From Gemmatimonadota bacterium (GTDB taxonomy: Bacteria > Gemmatimonadota > Gemmatimonadetes > Gemmatimonadales > GWC2-71-9): DNA of 64,000 bases. Of the stretch, positions 9,116 to 18,325 are shown in pieces (positions within the stretch are counted from its first letter, which is position 1; every line of letters begins with the position of its first letter). The notes under the pieces are model-generated. The model had not been told where the DNA came from. It ran no database searches and saw only the letters and a list, made by a program, of their open reading frames with translations. Location: positions 1,664 through 65,663 of the forward strand of contig JBKPAO010000060.1 of NCBI GenBank assembly GCA_046726475.1, in the 5' to 3' direction. A program made the position numbers and the translations under genes.

Positions 9116-11833
9116 CTAGGTAGGGTGTTTACTAGCGTCCACCAGCTCGCGAACTTTCCGGACCAGCTCCTCCGGCGCCAGTGGCTTCTGGACGAACTCG
9201 CGACCCTCCTCCAGCAGACCGCGCCGGACCACGTCCAGTCCGGTAAAACCGGACGTGAACAGCACTGGGATCGCCGGCCACTGTTGCGCTGCCCGCGCCG
9301 CCATCTCTCGCCCACCCATCTCCGGCATGACAAGATCTGCGATCAGGAGATTAAGCCTGCCCTCCTCTGCTGCGATGACGTCGAGCGCCTCTTTGCCGGT
9401 CGCTGCCTCCAAGACGGAGTAGCCGCAGTCGCGAAGAGTTCGTGCCATGATGCCGCGCACCATCGGTTCATCCTCGGCGACCAGCACGACCTCGCTCTTG
9501 CTGCCGCTGCGGGGCGGCAGCGGCACGGCGGGTGATTCTTGCGCGGGCGCGACCCAGGGGAAATACAGCTTGAAGGTGGTGCCAAGCCCCGGCTCACTGT
9601 AGGCCCAGATGAACCCTCCGCTTTGCTTCACGATGCCGTAGACCGTCGACAGGCCCAGACCGGTGCCCTCGCCGACGTTCTTGGTGGTGAAGAACGGCTC
9701 GAAGATGCGTTCGAGTGTGGCGCGATCCATTCCGTGACCGGTGTCGGTCACGACCAGAGCAGCGTACTCCCCGGGCTCGAGCGTCTCGACCGGCTTGGCG
9801 GCTGCGTATGCCTCGTCCAGCACCACGTTCATGGTCTCGATCGTCACCCTGCCGCCTTCGGCCATCGCGTCGCGGGCATTCAGGGTGAGATTGAGGAGCA
9901 CCTGTTCCAGCTGTCCCGGATCGGCCCGTACCGATCCCAGGGTGGGCGAGAGATGCATCCGAAGACCTCGACTCTCGCCCAGCGCACGGGTCAGGATAGG
10001 CTCGAGCTCGCGGACAGTGGTATTGAGGTCGAGTACCTGCGGCTGGAGAAACTGTCGCCGGCTGAACGCGAGGAGCTGCTGGGTAACTCCCGCGGTTCGC
10101 TTCGCTGCGCGCCAGATCTGATCCACGTCCTGGCGTACGGCCTCCGCCAGATCCTGGCGCTGGAGCACGTAGTCGGCGCAGCCCAAAACCACCGACATCA
10201 TGTTATTGGCTTCGTGAGCGATCCCCCCCGCGAGCTGCCCGATAGAGTCCATGCGCTGCGCCTGCCGCAGCCGCTCCTCCAGCAGCTTGCGATCTGTCAC
10301 ATCCAGGCAGACACCGGTCACGTATCGGACTGTCCCGCTGGCCTCGCGGACCACGCGACCCTGATTCGCCATCCACCGCTGCTGGCCCTTCGGCTGCAGA
10401 ATGCGGAATTGCACATCGAGCACGTCTCCACCGCTGAGGGCCCGCTGCATGGCGCTCTGGACGTGGGCGCGGTCATCTTCGTGGATTCGGTCCAACATTA
10501 CTGAGTAAGGCGTCACCATCTCATAGATGGTCAGACCGAAGAGTCGCTTGAGTCCCTCGTCCCAGCTCAGGAGATCGTTGGCAGGGTCCCATCGCCAGGT
10601 TCCCATCCGGGCCGCGCTGAGGGCGAGCAGCAGTCGCTCCTGACTCTGGGCCAGTGCCTCCTGCGCTTGGCGGCGCTCGGTCACGTCCCGCTTGATGGAT
10701 GAGGCCCCGATGACCTGGCCACGCACGTCACGAATCGGCGATACTGTCACCGAGACGAAGAGGCGCTGGCCGTCTTTGCGGATTCGCTCCACTTCCGTCA
10801 GCGCCGCCGGCTCACCTCGTCGGATCTGCTCAAGCAAGTCCCGCTCAGCCTGGTGCAAATCCTCCGGAATCAGTCGGAAGATCGAGCTGCCCACCATTTC
10901 CTCTGTCGAGTACCCGAACATGCGCTCGGCCGCCGCATTCCAGTTGGTAACCACACCCTCGATCGTTTTCCCAACGATGGCATCCGCGGACGACGCCACG
11001 ATCGCAGCGAGCCGCTGCGTGGCCTGTTCCGAGACCCATTGGTCGGTGACGTCCCGGGTAAAGCACCGGGTATGGATGAACTCGGCATTCCGGAAATACA
11101 CGCTGGAATCGATCAACACATCCTTGATCGAACCATCCCGGCAGCGAAGACGGGCGGGGTAATCGTGCAGGACTTCGCCGGCGGTCAGGCGCCGGAGGAT
11201 GTCGTCAATCGCCGGCCGATCGCTGTGGAAATCGGCGATGTTTCGACCGACATAGTCCTCACGCCGATATCCCAGCAGATCGAGCTCGGCTTGATTGGCC
11301 CGCAGAATCGTGCCGTCCGGTCCTTCCCAGTGGATGGGAATGGCGGCGTTCTCAAAGAAATCATTCAGCTCCTGCTCTCGTTGTTCTAGCGCCTGCTGGG
11401 CGCGCTTGAGGTCGTCGATGTCAACGGACGTCCCGACCCACCCCTCGAGCTCACCGTCACCTCGGTGAATCGGCGCGACCCGGGCGAGCATCCAGCGGTA
11501 TTCCCCATCGTGCCTACGATACCGAAGCTCCATCTCGAATTGGGTTTGCCGTTCGGTCGCTTCCTTCCACCGTTCCTGCACCTGCGCCAGCTCATCGGGA
11601 TGGTTGAATGATTCCCAACCATCCCGATTGAGCTCTGCTAGACTCGAGCCGGTATACTGCTCCCAAGTCCGGTTGACGTAGAGGAATCGACCGGTGCCGT
11701 CCACCAGCCAGAGGAAGCCAGGCGCAACGTCGCCGAGGCTGCGGTACAGGTGCTCCGTCGCGAAGCCGATGCCGAGTCCCGGTCTGGGCTCCGGCTGGTG
11801 ACGCCGCTCGCCCATGAAGGTGGTGTCAGCCAT
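9116..11833 (-). CDS. PAS-domain hybrid sensor histidine kinase/response regulator
   Basis: There are several PAS/PAC-like segments. The H-box is LAGGIAHEANNMM, the ATPase boxes are DTGHGMD and GTGLGLS, and a C-terminal receiver is present (VLVAEDEP...DLVMPEMGG...KP). Confidence 0.9.
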   Translation of the reverse strand: MADTTFMGERRHQPEPRPGLGIGFATEHLYRSLGDVAPGFLWLVDGTGRFLYVNRTWEQYTGSSLAELNRDGWESFNHPDELAQVQERWKEATERQTQFEMELRYRRHDGEYRWMLARVAPIHRGDGELEGWVGTSVDIDDLKRAQQALEQREQELNDFFENAAIPIHWEGPDGTILRANQAELDLLGYRREDYVGRNIADFHSDRPAIDDILRRLTAGEVLHDYPARLRCRDGSIKDVLIDSSVYFRNAEFIHTRCFTRDVTDQWVSEQATQRLAAIVASSADAIVGKTIEGVVTNWNAAAERMFGYSTEEMVGSSIFRLIPEDLHQAERDLLEQIRRGEPAALTEVERIRKDGQRLFVSVTVSPIRDVRGQVIGASSIKRDVTERRQAQEALAQSQERLLLALSAARMGTWRWDPANDLLSWDEGLKRLFGLTIYEMVTPYSVMLDRIHEDDRAHVQSAMQRALSGGDVLDVQFRILQPKGQQRWMANQGRVVREASGTVRYVTGVCLDVTDRKLLEERLRQAQRMDSIGQLAGGIAHEANNMMSVVLGCADYVLQRQDLAEAVRQDVDQIWRAAKRTAGVTQQLLAFSRRQFLQPQVLDLNTTVRELEPILTRALGESRGLRMHLSPTLGSVRADPGQLEQVLLNLTLNARDAMAEGGRVTIETMNVVLDEAYAAAKPVETLEPGEYAALVVTDTGHGMDRATLERIFEPFFTTKNVGEGTGLGLSTVYGIVKQSGGFIWAYSEPGLGTTFKLYFPWVAPAQESPAVPLPPRSGSKSEVVLVAEDEPMVRGIMARTLRDCGYSVLEAATGKEALDVIAAEEGRLNLLIADLVMPEMGGREMAARAAQQWPAIPVLFTSGFTGLDVVRRGLLEEGREFVQKPLAPEELVRKVRELVDASKHPT

Positions 11834-11970
11834 CAGATTCGCGACCCGAGGTCTGGAAGCGGCTCACGATATATTTTCAGCCTCGACCTGGACTGAGGCA
11901 AGGGTACACTCCCTTTCGTCCACTCCGATGGAGCGCTAGGCTTCAACCCGCATCCGCAGAACTCTCCGAC

Positions 11971-12041
11971 TGGCCCTTCGTCCAATGGCAGGACAGCGGA
12001 CTTTGGATCCGTTAATGGTGGTTCGAATCCACCAGGGCCAA
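11971..12041 (+). tRNA. tRNA-Gln (anticodon UUG)
   Basis: A cloverleaf was folded by hand. The acceptor is TGGCCCT/AGGGCCA, the D-arm is GTCC-AATGGCA-GGAC, the anticodon arm is GCGGA-CTTTGGA-TCCGT and the T-arm is GGTGG-TTCGAAT-CCACC. The discriminator is A and no CCA is encoded. Confidence 0.85.
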
Positions 12042-12043
12042 TA

Positions 12044-13204
12044 TTAGCAGCGGCGGTAGGCATCGATCGTGGCCGCGGCCGCTGCCTTCCAATGGAAGCC
12101 GCGCACCCGCTCGGCGCCCAGGCTCCGAAGCCGTTCCGCCTCCGGTGAGTGGGTGGCCTGCTCCAGGCCGCCCTCGATCGAGCCGACGTCAAAGGGGTCA
12201 ACCAGGATCGCCGCCCCGCCGGCGATCTCCGGAGCTGCGCCGGTTCGCGAGGTCACTACCGGCGTCCGGCACGCCATCGCCTCGATAATGGGCAAACCGA
12301 ACCCCTCATAAATCCCGGGATACAGAAAAGCAGCAGCCCTGGCGTAGAGGCCGGGGAGCTGAGCCTTGTCCACGTACCCCAGCAGCTTCACCCCGCTCGG
12401 GAGCGGAGCCGCGGCCCGGCTGAACTCCTGGTCGATCGAGGTGCCGGTGATCCAGAGCTGAAACGCCGAGCGGTGGCCCCCACGCGAGCGCCAACGGGTG
12501 AACGCCTCGATGAGTCGTCGGGTATTCTTGCGAGGAGAGACACCTCCGACGGCAAGCACATATGGACTGGAAGATTCAGCGTCCTTCGCCGGTGAAACCG
12601 GTGCCGTGAACACTGGATCTAACCCATGGTACACGACGTCGATTTTGGACGCCGGAACCCCCGCGCGCCGGATGAGATCATCGGCGGTATAGCGCGATAC
12701 CGCAATGAAACGGTTGGCGCGGCGGAGCACCCAAGGGAACAGACCCCCATACACCAGGCGAAGTTTTCGGTCGTAGAGCTCGGGGTGGACCTGCCAGCCC
12801 AGGTCATGCACCGTAGCGACGGCACGATCGCGGCGTCGAACCGAGTACGGCAGGAATCCATCCATGCCGTGGACCAGGACGCTTTCCTTCGGGGCCACCG
12901 CCCGGAACGACAGCCACTGATCAAACCAGAGCTTCCAGAGCGTGGCGCGGATTCCCCCAAGGTCTGGTCGGGTGGCGGGCACCACCTCGTGCACGTTGGG
13001 AAGTCCCAGCTCAAGCGGGCCCCAACTCACCGCGGTGATTTCTAGCTCGCCGGTAGCCGATAACGCCGCCAGGAGCTGCTCCATATACACCTCGATACCC
13101 GTCTTGGGGCCGGTCAGGTGCCGAGCATTGACGAAGAGATTGAGGCGGCTGGCAGCGGTAGGAGGGTGACTCTCTCGGCTGGGCGGTGCTGAAGGCATAG
13201 TCAT
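12044..13204 (-). CDS. glycosyltransferase family 4
   Basis: The GT-B/GT4 C-terminal motif is ...FLYPGIYEGFGLPIIEAMACRTPVVTS.... ATG 13204 (MTMPSAPP...) avoids overlap with the upstream gene stop at 13215. Confidence 0.85.
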   Translation of the reverse strand: MTMPSAPPSRESHPPTAASRLNLFVNARHLTGPKTGIEVYMEQLLAALSATGELEITAVSWGPLELGLPNVHEVVPATRPDLGGIRATLWKLWFDQWLSFRAVAPKESVLVHGMDGFLPYSVRRRDRAVATVHDLGWQVHPELYDRKLRLVYGGLFPWVLRRANRFIAVSRYTADDLIRRAGVPASKIDVVYHGLDPVFTAPVSPAKDAESSSPYVLAVGGVSPRKNTRRLIEAFTRWRSRGGHRSAFQLWITGTSIDQEFSRAAAPLPSGVKLLGYVDKAQLPGLYARAAAFLYPGIYEGFGLPIIEAMACRTPVVTSRTGAAPEIAGGAAILVDPFDVGSIEGGLEQATHSPEAERLRSLGAERVRGFHWKAAAAATIDAYRRC

Positions 13205-13214
13205 GATGATGGAA

Positions 13215-14378
13215 TTAGAGTCGAACGGCCGGCGTCGCAGGACGCACAGTGCCCCGGTTACGTGATCTGCGCTCGGCGGCGTCCTCGAGCACTCGCAGCG
13301 TCTCCGAGGCGCAGCGCGTCCAGGTGAACTCCCGGCTTCGCTCTCGTCCGGCGGCGATGAGCTCCGCCCGAATGGTGGAATCATCGAGCACTCGCCGGAT
13401 CCCCGCGGCGATGCTCTCGACCGACTCAGGATCGACCAGCACTGCAGCGCCCTCGGACAGCTCCCGAGTACCGTAACGGTCGGCGGTCACGACCGGAGTT
13501 CCGGCCGCCATCGACTCGAGCACAGGAAGACCGCAGGACTCGAAGAGCGATGGGAGCAGCAGCGCGTCGGCCAGCCAGTAGAACCCGGCCAAATCCTCCT
13601 GGTCCACCCATCCGGGCCAGCGCACCCACTCCGCGATGCCGAGCGCATTTGGCTCCTGGATCTCGCGTTCGGAGAGGAATCGATTCTCTCCTCCGGCAAC
13701 GACCAGCGGAATCCCGCGCTCCGGGCCAACCTGAGCATAGGCCCGAACCAGACGAGTAAAGTTCTTGGGAGGGTAAATGGCGCCGGCATACAGAACAAAG
13801 CGTTCGGGCAGTGAGTACCGGGCACGGATCTCCCGCAGACGAGTCTCGTCCGGCCGAGACCGGAACACGTCGTCCACTCCCGAGTACACCGTGATCACCC
13901 GGTCTTGCGGCACCCGGAGGTATTGCATCACGTGCTGCTTGGTAATTTCGGAGACGGCGATGATCGCGTCTGCCCGGGAGGCGTATCGCGGGACGAGAAA
14001 CTGGTGACTGAGACGATCAATCCGCTTGGATGCCCACGGCATGACATACCAGTCCAGCCCGTGGCACACCCAGACCGAGGGACACGGCGCCGTCAGCGGG
14101 ATCGAGTACTTCGGGTTATAAAGGAGATCAATGCGGTGACGGCGAACCGCCTGAGGAACTGCGATCTGGTCCCAGGTGAGGATCGATCGTGCGGGGATGG
14201 CGACCTCCTCGACACCGCGCTCGTCTCCGTAGGTTCCCACCAGGGACGGGTTGCGGTACAGCAGCACGAACTCGTGATCGGATCCGAGATCGAACAGGGC
14301 GCGCAGGAGCCGCTGGGTGTAAACCTTAACGCCACCCCCGTGCTGGTCGTAGTGCCGCAGCATCACCCCAATCCGCAC
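13215..14378 (-). CDS. glycosyltransferase family 4
   Basis: ...LLLPSLFESCGLPVLESMAAGTPVVTADRYG... is the E-x7-E type motif. The gene is tandem with the previous GT4. Confidence 0.85.
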   Translation of the reverse strand: MRIGVMLRHYDQHGGGVKVYTQRLLRALFDLGSDHEFVLLYRNPSLVGTYGDERGVEEVAIPARSILTWDQIAVPQAVRRHRIDLLYNPKYSIPLTAPCPSVWVCHGLDWYVMPWASKRIDRLSHQFLVPRYASRADAIIAVSEITKQHVMQYLRVPQDRVITVYSGVDDVFRSRPDETRLREIRARYSLPERFVLYAGAIYPPKNFTRLVRAYAQVGPERGIPLVVAGGENRFLSEREIQEPNALGIAEWVRWPGWVDQEDLAGFYWLADALLLPSLFESCGLPVLESMAAGTPVVTADRYGTRELSEGAAVLVDPESVESIAAGIRRVLDDSTIRAELIAAGRERSREFTWTRCASETLRVLEDAAERRSRNRGTVRPATPAVRL

Positions 14379-14460
14379 GACTGCTCCTCAAAGATGAGCC
14401 GGGTAAGCTATCACGACCGATGGGCCGGACCAGTGGTCTGGACCACCGCCGGCGCCCGCA

Positions 14461-14853
14461 CTACTCGCAAACAGGCGCCGAATCGAGCTGGACCGGCACC
14501 AGATCCGCTACCACGCCGGCCGTGTCATCCTGGGATCCGGAGCTGTTGGATTCGGGAGCGATGAAGGCGGCGACCCGGCCCTCGAGGCACCGGAGGATCA
14601 ACCTGGGCGGCTCTTCTCCCGGGAACCCATCGATGTCCTTGGCCGTGGGCAGCTGGAGTGAGGTCGTCGTAATATCGCCGGTCGTAGCGGTGTCCTCGGC
14701 AACAGTCCACTCGGCTGGGATCGCCTCCCCTGCTTCGGAAGGGACCAGAGCGGTATCCTGAAGAGCGGAAGAGGCTACCATCGCCGGGGAGCCGGTCGCC
14801 CCGCCGGAACACGCCAGCACGGCTACCCAGGCCAGCGGCCACAGACTGCGCAC
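14461..14853 (-). CDS. hypothetical lipoprotein
   Basis: MRSLWPLAWVAVLACSGG has a signal peptide with lipobox. The start is GTG and no family was recognised. Confidence 0.5.
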   Translation of the reverse strand: MRSLWPLAWVAVLACSGGATGSPAMVASSALQDTALVPSEAGEAIPAEWTVAEDTATTGDITTTSLQLPTAKDIDGFPGEEPPRLILRCLEGRVAAFIAPESNSSGSQDDTAGVVADLVPVQLDSAPVCE

Positions 14854-14870
14854 AAATCCTCCGAGCCGAA

Positions 14871-14901
14871 GAGAGACCAGTATGACGAGGAGAGACCAGT
14901 A
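14871..14901. repeat. 12-nt direct repeat GAGAGACCAGTA x2 (19-nt period) ending in palindrome GTACTAGTAC
   Basis: Seen directly at 14871-14882 and 14890-14901, immediately upstream of the lipoprotein gene start (14853, minus). Confidence 0.6.
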
Positions 14902-14977
14902 CTAGTACAAGCAGCCGCGCTCTGCCAGTGAAAGCCTGGCCGATCGCGGCTGCCCTTGCTGCTGGGTACGACGCGCG

Positions 14978-15694
14978 CTAGTTGCCGGTGGGCAAAGCGG
15001 TCAGCGTCAGATTCATATCGTCGAAGTCAGCGTCCGCGCCGTCCTCGTAGGTCAACGTCCAGACCGGGTAGCTACCGTCCACCCGGAGGCGGGGAGGATT
15101 CGCCAGGAGCGGAGCGACCACCTCAGCGGAAATCTCGGTCCCTGCCGGAAACGGTCCGGCGAAGGTCAGCTGCTTGCCGGCCTGCTCGTAGCAGCCGTCA
15201 TCGGTCAGAGTGCCACTGATCGGAATGGTGGTCCGGAACACGTTCCCGTGCGCCTGGCAGCTCGAGCTGTTGAGCACCACCTTGAAGCCGGCTTCCTGCT
15301 CCAGCTTCAGAGTGCAGGCGACGAAGCCGCCAGGAGCGGAGCCATCCACGCAGGAGAGCTGGGTCACGACCGGATTCTTCGGGTTCACCTTCTTGGTGCT
15401 GGTACTGGTCAAGCCCTGGGCATCGGTGACGCTGAGACTCACGTCATAGGTGCCGGCGCTGGAGTACAGGTAGAACGGGTTCTTCTGCGTCGAGCCGCCC
15501 GGACCGAAGTTCCAGGTCCAGGACACCACCCCCTCATCGTCGCTGCTGGCATCGTGGAAATCACACCGCAAGGCGGAGCACTGGAAGCTGAAGTCCGCGC
15601 TCGGGCCCGCATTCTCGTCCGGCTTCTGACTGTCTTTGCAGGCCGTGACCAGGCCCGCCCCAGCAACTGCTACTGCGAGCCACATCGCTCTCAT
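14978..15694 (-). CDS. PKD domain-containing lipoprotein
   Basis: It has a lipobox (LVTAC) and one PKD repeat (...CDFHDASSDDEGVVSWTWNFGPGG...YDVSLSVTDAQG...). A Cys-containing C-terminal domain is shared with the next gene. Confidence 0.78.
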   Translation of the reverse strand: MRAMWLAVAVAGAGLVTACKDSQKPDENAGPSADFSFQCSALRCDFHDASSDDEGVVSWTWNFGPGGSTQKNPFYLYSSAGTYDVSLSVTDAQGLTSTSTKKVNPKNPVVTQLSCVDGSAPGGFVACTLKLEQEAGFKVVLNSSSCQAHGNVFRTTIPISGTLTDDGCYEQAGKQLTFAGPFPAGTEISAEVVAPLLANPPRLRVDGSYPVWTLTYEDGADADFDDMNLTLTALPTGN

Positions 15695-15768
15695 GGTGCG
15701 CCTCAGGGGTAAGGGGGTGTTGGGTGCTGCGCTTCACGCTGCGAAATCGGTCGCAGACTTCCGTCCTA

Positions 15769-15792
15769 CCGCCGGAGGACTCCCTCCGGCGG
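15769..15792. repeat. perfect GC palindrome CCGCCGGAGG-acuc-CCTCCGGCGG
   Basis: A 10-bp perfect stem seen directly. It shares the CCGGAGG/CCTCCGG core with the hairpin at 15846. Confidence 0.55.
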
Positions 15793-15845
15793 GCCACTAC
15801 AGGTCTCTTCAACTGGTACTGTGATTAGTCCTGGGGTTCCTTCGA

Positions 15846-15873
15846 ACCTGCCGGAGGGTGCCCTCCGGCAGGT
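15846..15873 (-). terminator. candidate terminator hairpin after PKD gene (ACCTGCCGGAGGG/CCCTCCGGCAGGT)
   Basis: A 12-13-bp perfect stem lies 24 nt downstream (minus strand) of the stop at 15897. There is no clear T-tract. Confidence 0.4.
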
Positions 15874-15896
15874 CCACTGCTCATTTCAGCCTGCCT

Positions 15897-16928
15897 TTAG
15901 GCAGGATTCGCCTGCACCGTTACGACGACATCACCAAAGTCGGGTTCGCCTAGTCCACCAGGGTTGCCCCCGTCGTCGAAATTGAGCGTCCACGTCGGAC
16001 CGGTTCCTGTGATATTCCCAGCCGGCGAGCCTGGCGCAGGGTCACCGGTGCCACGCCGCAGCCGGACGTGGAGCTGGAAACCAGCCGGAAGGACCAGTGT
16101 CGCGCCCGATTCGTCCTTCAGCGTGTATTGCTGACCAATCTGTGCATTGCACGCGTTGCTAAAGACGTTCTGCGCAACGTTCAGATCCGGCGGCGGAATG
16201 AAGACCAAGTTCCCACCGAGCTCGCAATCGGCCGACGTCAGCGTCATGATGATCGTCGAGCTCGCCGCGATGGTGAGGAGGCAATCGACCTCGGTAGTGC
16301 TGAGCGTGGTGCACTGAGAGGCCGACGCGGCAGCGACAGTTACTGGAACAGTGACCGAGGCCGTCGCACCTGCGTTGTCGGTGACCGTGAGCTGCACCTG
16401 ATAGGTACCCTGTGCCCCAAAGGTGTGGTTGGTGTTCTGATTGTTGTCGACCGCAGTGCCATCTCCGAAGTTCCAGGCCCACGCGGTCAGAGTGCCATCT
16501 GAATCACTGCTCCCGTCGGTAAAGCCACAGGCGGAATTCACGGTGCACGACGGAGCGGTAAAGGCTGCGGTCGGCGGAACATTGCCGGTGCCGCCGGTGA
16601 CGGTTACCGGAACAGTTTTGGCGTTGGTGGCTCCACCATTGTCGGTAACGGTCAGGGTCACCTGGTAGGTCTGTGCCGCCCCAAACGTATGACTCGGATT
16701 CGCATCCTGGGAGGTGGTGCCGTCGCCGAAATCCCAGCTCCGCGACGCGATCGTTCCATCGGGATCGCTGCTTGCGTCGGTGAAAGTACAGGCCACACCG
16801 ACGGTACACGCCGGCGCGGTAAAGTTCGCGACTGGACTGGTGTTGCTGGGCCCATTGCTGTCGCTGCCGCAGGCCCACGCCCCGGCGAGTATGACAGTTG
16901 TTGCAGCCATCAGGGCGAATGATCGCAT
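15897..16928 (-). CDS. PKD domain-containing lipoprotein (two tandem PKD repeats)
   Basis: ATG 16928 gives MRSFALMAATTVILAGAWACGS. There are two repeats of the form ...FTDxSSDxDGTxxxxxWxFGDGT...TYQVxLTVTDNxGAT..., followed by the same type of C-terminal domain as 14978..15694. Confidence 0.8.
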   Translation of the reverse strand: MRSFALMAATTVILAGAWACGSDSNGPSNTSPVANFTAPACTVGVACTFTDASSDPDGTIASRSWDFGDGTTSQDANPSHTFGAAQTYQVTLTVTDNGGATNAKTVPVTVTGGTGNVPPTAAFTAPSCTVNSACGFTDGSSDSDGTLTAWAWNFGDGTAVDNNQNTNHTFGAQGTYQVQLTVTDNAGATASVTVPVTVAAASASQCTTLSTTEVDCLLTIAASSTIIMTLTSADCELGGNLVFIPPPDLNVAQNVFSNACNAQIGQQYTLKDESGATLVLPAGFQLHVRLRRGTGDPAPGSPAGNITGTGPTWTLNFDDGGNPGGLGEPDFGDVVVTVQANPA

Positions 16929-17239
16929 AGAGTCTTCCCAACTAAAGAGTGACTGAGTATCCCACATGATCGGCGGAGTTGGTTGCGCGTGACCATACGC
17001 GACCCGCTCGCGGCAGGAGCCAGAGGCGTGCCACTGGTCGACGCATCTTCGGTACACCCTGCACCCATAGTCCAACAACAAACGCCACATACACCTAGCA
17101 GGTGATCTTTACACGCCTCACAAGCGTGCGACGAACCTACAATTGTGGCGGACGGGCCATACCGTCGGGACCCATTTTATCGGTGTTGTCGCGCGCGCGC
17201 TGGTCATACGTCACACTGATCTTCCGGCAGCCCTTCAGG

Positions 17240-17269
17240 TTGACTGCACCTGCTTGAGACGGCTAGGTT
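17240..17269 (+). promoter_or_regulatory. candidate sigma-70 promoter of prs
   Basis: TTGACT (17240-45), 18 nt, then TAGGTT (17264-69). This would give a very short leader before ATG 17284. Confidence 0.3.
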
Positions 17270-17283
17270 TGCGGGCTGTAACC

Positions 17284-18237
17284 ATGACGGACCTGTCGCT
17301 GTCGCGCAGCCAGATGCTGCTGCTGAGCGGGTCGGCCAATCGTCCGCTCGCTACCGAGGTAGCCGCCCATCTGGGGCAGCCCCTCTGTCAGGTCACGCTC
17401 CGGCGGTTCGCCGATGGCGAGATCTTCGTCAAGATCGATGAAAACGTCCGGGGCCGGGACGTTTACATCATCCAGCCGACCAACCCGCCGGCCGAAAACA
17501 TGATGGAGCTGCTGCTCCTCATGGACGCGGCGAGGCGAGCGAGTGCTGCGCGGGTGACGTCGGTCATTCCCTACTTTGGGTATGCCCGGCAGGACAGGAA
17601 GGATCAGCCCCGGGTCGCGATCAGCGCGAAGCTGATGGCCAACATGGTATCGATGGCCGGGGCGGATCGGGTGCTGGCCATGGATTTCCACCAGCATCAG
17701 CTCCAGGGGTTCTTCGATCTGCCGGTCGATCACCTCTATGCGGCGCCGGTCTTTGTGAATCACTACCGGCAGAAGAGTCTCCGCGACCTGGTGATTGTGG
17801 CGCCGGACGTCGGCTCGGCCAAGATGGCCCGGGGGTTTGCCAAACGGCTCAACGCCTCCCTGGCCATCATCGATAAGCGTCGGCCGTCGGCGAACATAGC
17901 AGAGGTGCTTAACGTGGTGGGTGAGGTCACCGGGAAGGACTGCATCATTCCGGACGACATGATCGATACCGCCGGCACGATGGCGGAGGCAGTGACCGCA
18001 CTGAAGCGTCTCGGCGCGGAGGACGTGTACTGCTGCGCCACGCACGCGCTCCTGTCGGGTCCGGCGGTCGATCGGCTGATGGCGTCCGGCGTGAAGGAAG
18101 TCGCAGTCACCAACACGATCGCGATTCCGCCGGAGCGGCGTTTCGACCGGCTGAAGGTCCTGTCCATCGCCGGCCTCTTGGCCAAAGCGATCGGGTACAC
18201 CCATAGCGATCAGTCGGTGAGTTCGTTGTTTGATTGA
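17284..18237 (+). CDS. prs: ribose-phosphate pyrophosphokinase
   Basis: MLLLSGSANRPLA...FADGEIFVKI...VLAMDFHQHQLQGFF...DDMIDTAGT are the diagnostic blocks. ATG 17284 gives 317 aa. Confidence 0.92.
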   Translation: MTDLSLSRSQMLLLSGSANRPLATEVAAHLGQPLCQVTLRRFADGEIFVKIDENVRGRDVYIIQPTNPPAENMMELLLLMDAARRASAARVTSVIPYFGYARQDRKDQPRVAISAKLMANMVSMAGADRVLAMDFHQHQLQGFFDLPVDHLYAAPVFVNHYRQKSLRDLVIVAPDVGSAKMARGFAKRLNASLAIIDKRRPSANIAEVLNVVGEVTGKDCIIPDDMIDTAGTMAEAVTALKRLGAEDVYCCATHALLSGPAVDRLMASGVKEVAVTNTIAIPPERRFDRLKVLSIAGLLAKAIGYTHSDQSVSSLFD

Positions 18238-18240
18238 AGG

Positions 18241-18313
18241 AGGTCTAGGGTCTCTGGTGGCGGGCCAAATGTGCTCCCCCCCTTATAGCCCTAGACTCTA
18301 GACCCTAGACCCT
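18241..18313. repeat. mirror array, heptamer GGTCTAG / CTAGACC
   Basis: AGGTCTAGGGTCT (18241-18253), a 37-nt spacer, then CTAGACT CTAGACC CTAGACC CT (18291-18313). The arms are reverse complements (13 bp with one bulge). Confidence 0.85.
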
Positions 18314-18325
18314 CTTGAGGTACCG

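Noticed and set aside
11833-12201. A 122-aa ORF spanning the tRNA-Gln locus.
   Set aside because: It overlaps a well-folded tRNA and the 3' end of the GT4 gene, and it has no protein-like features.
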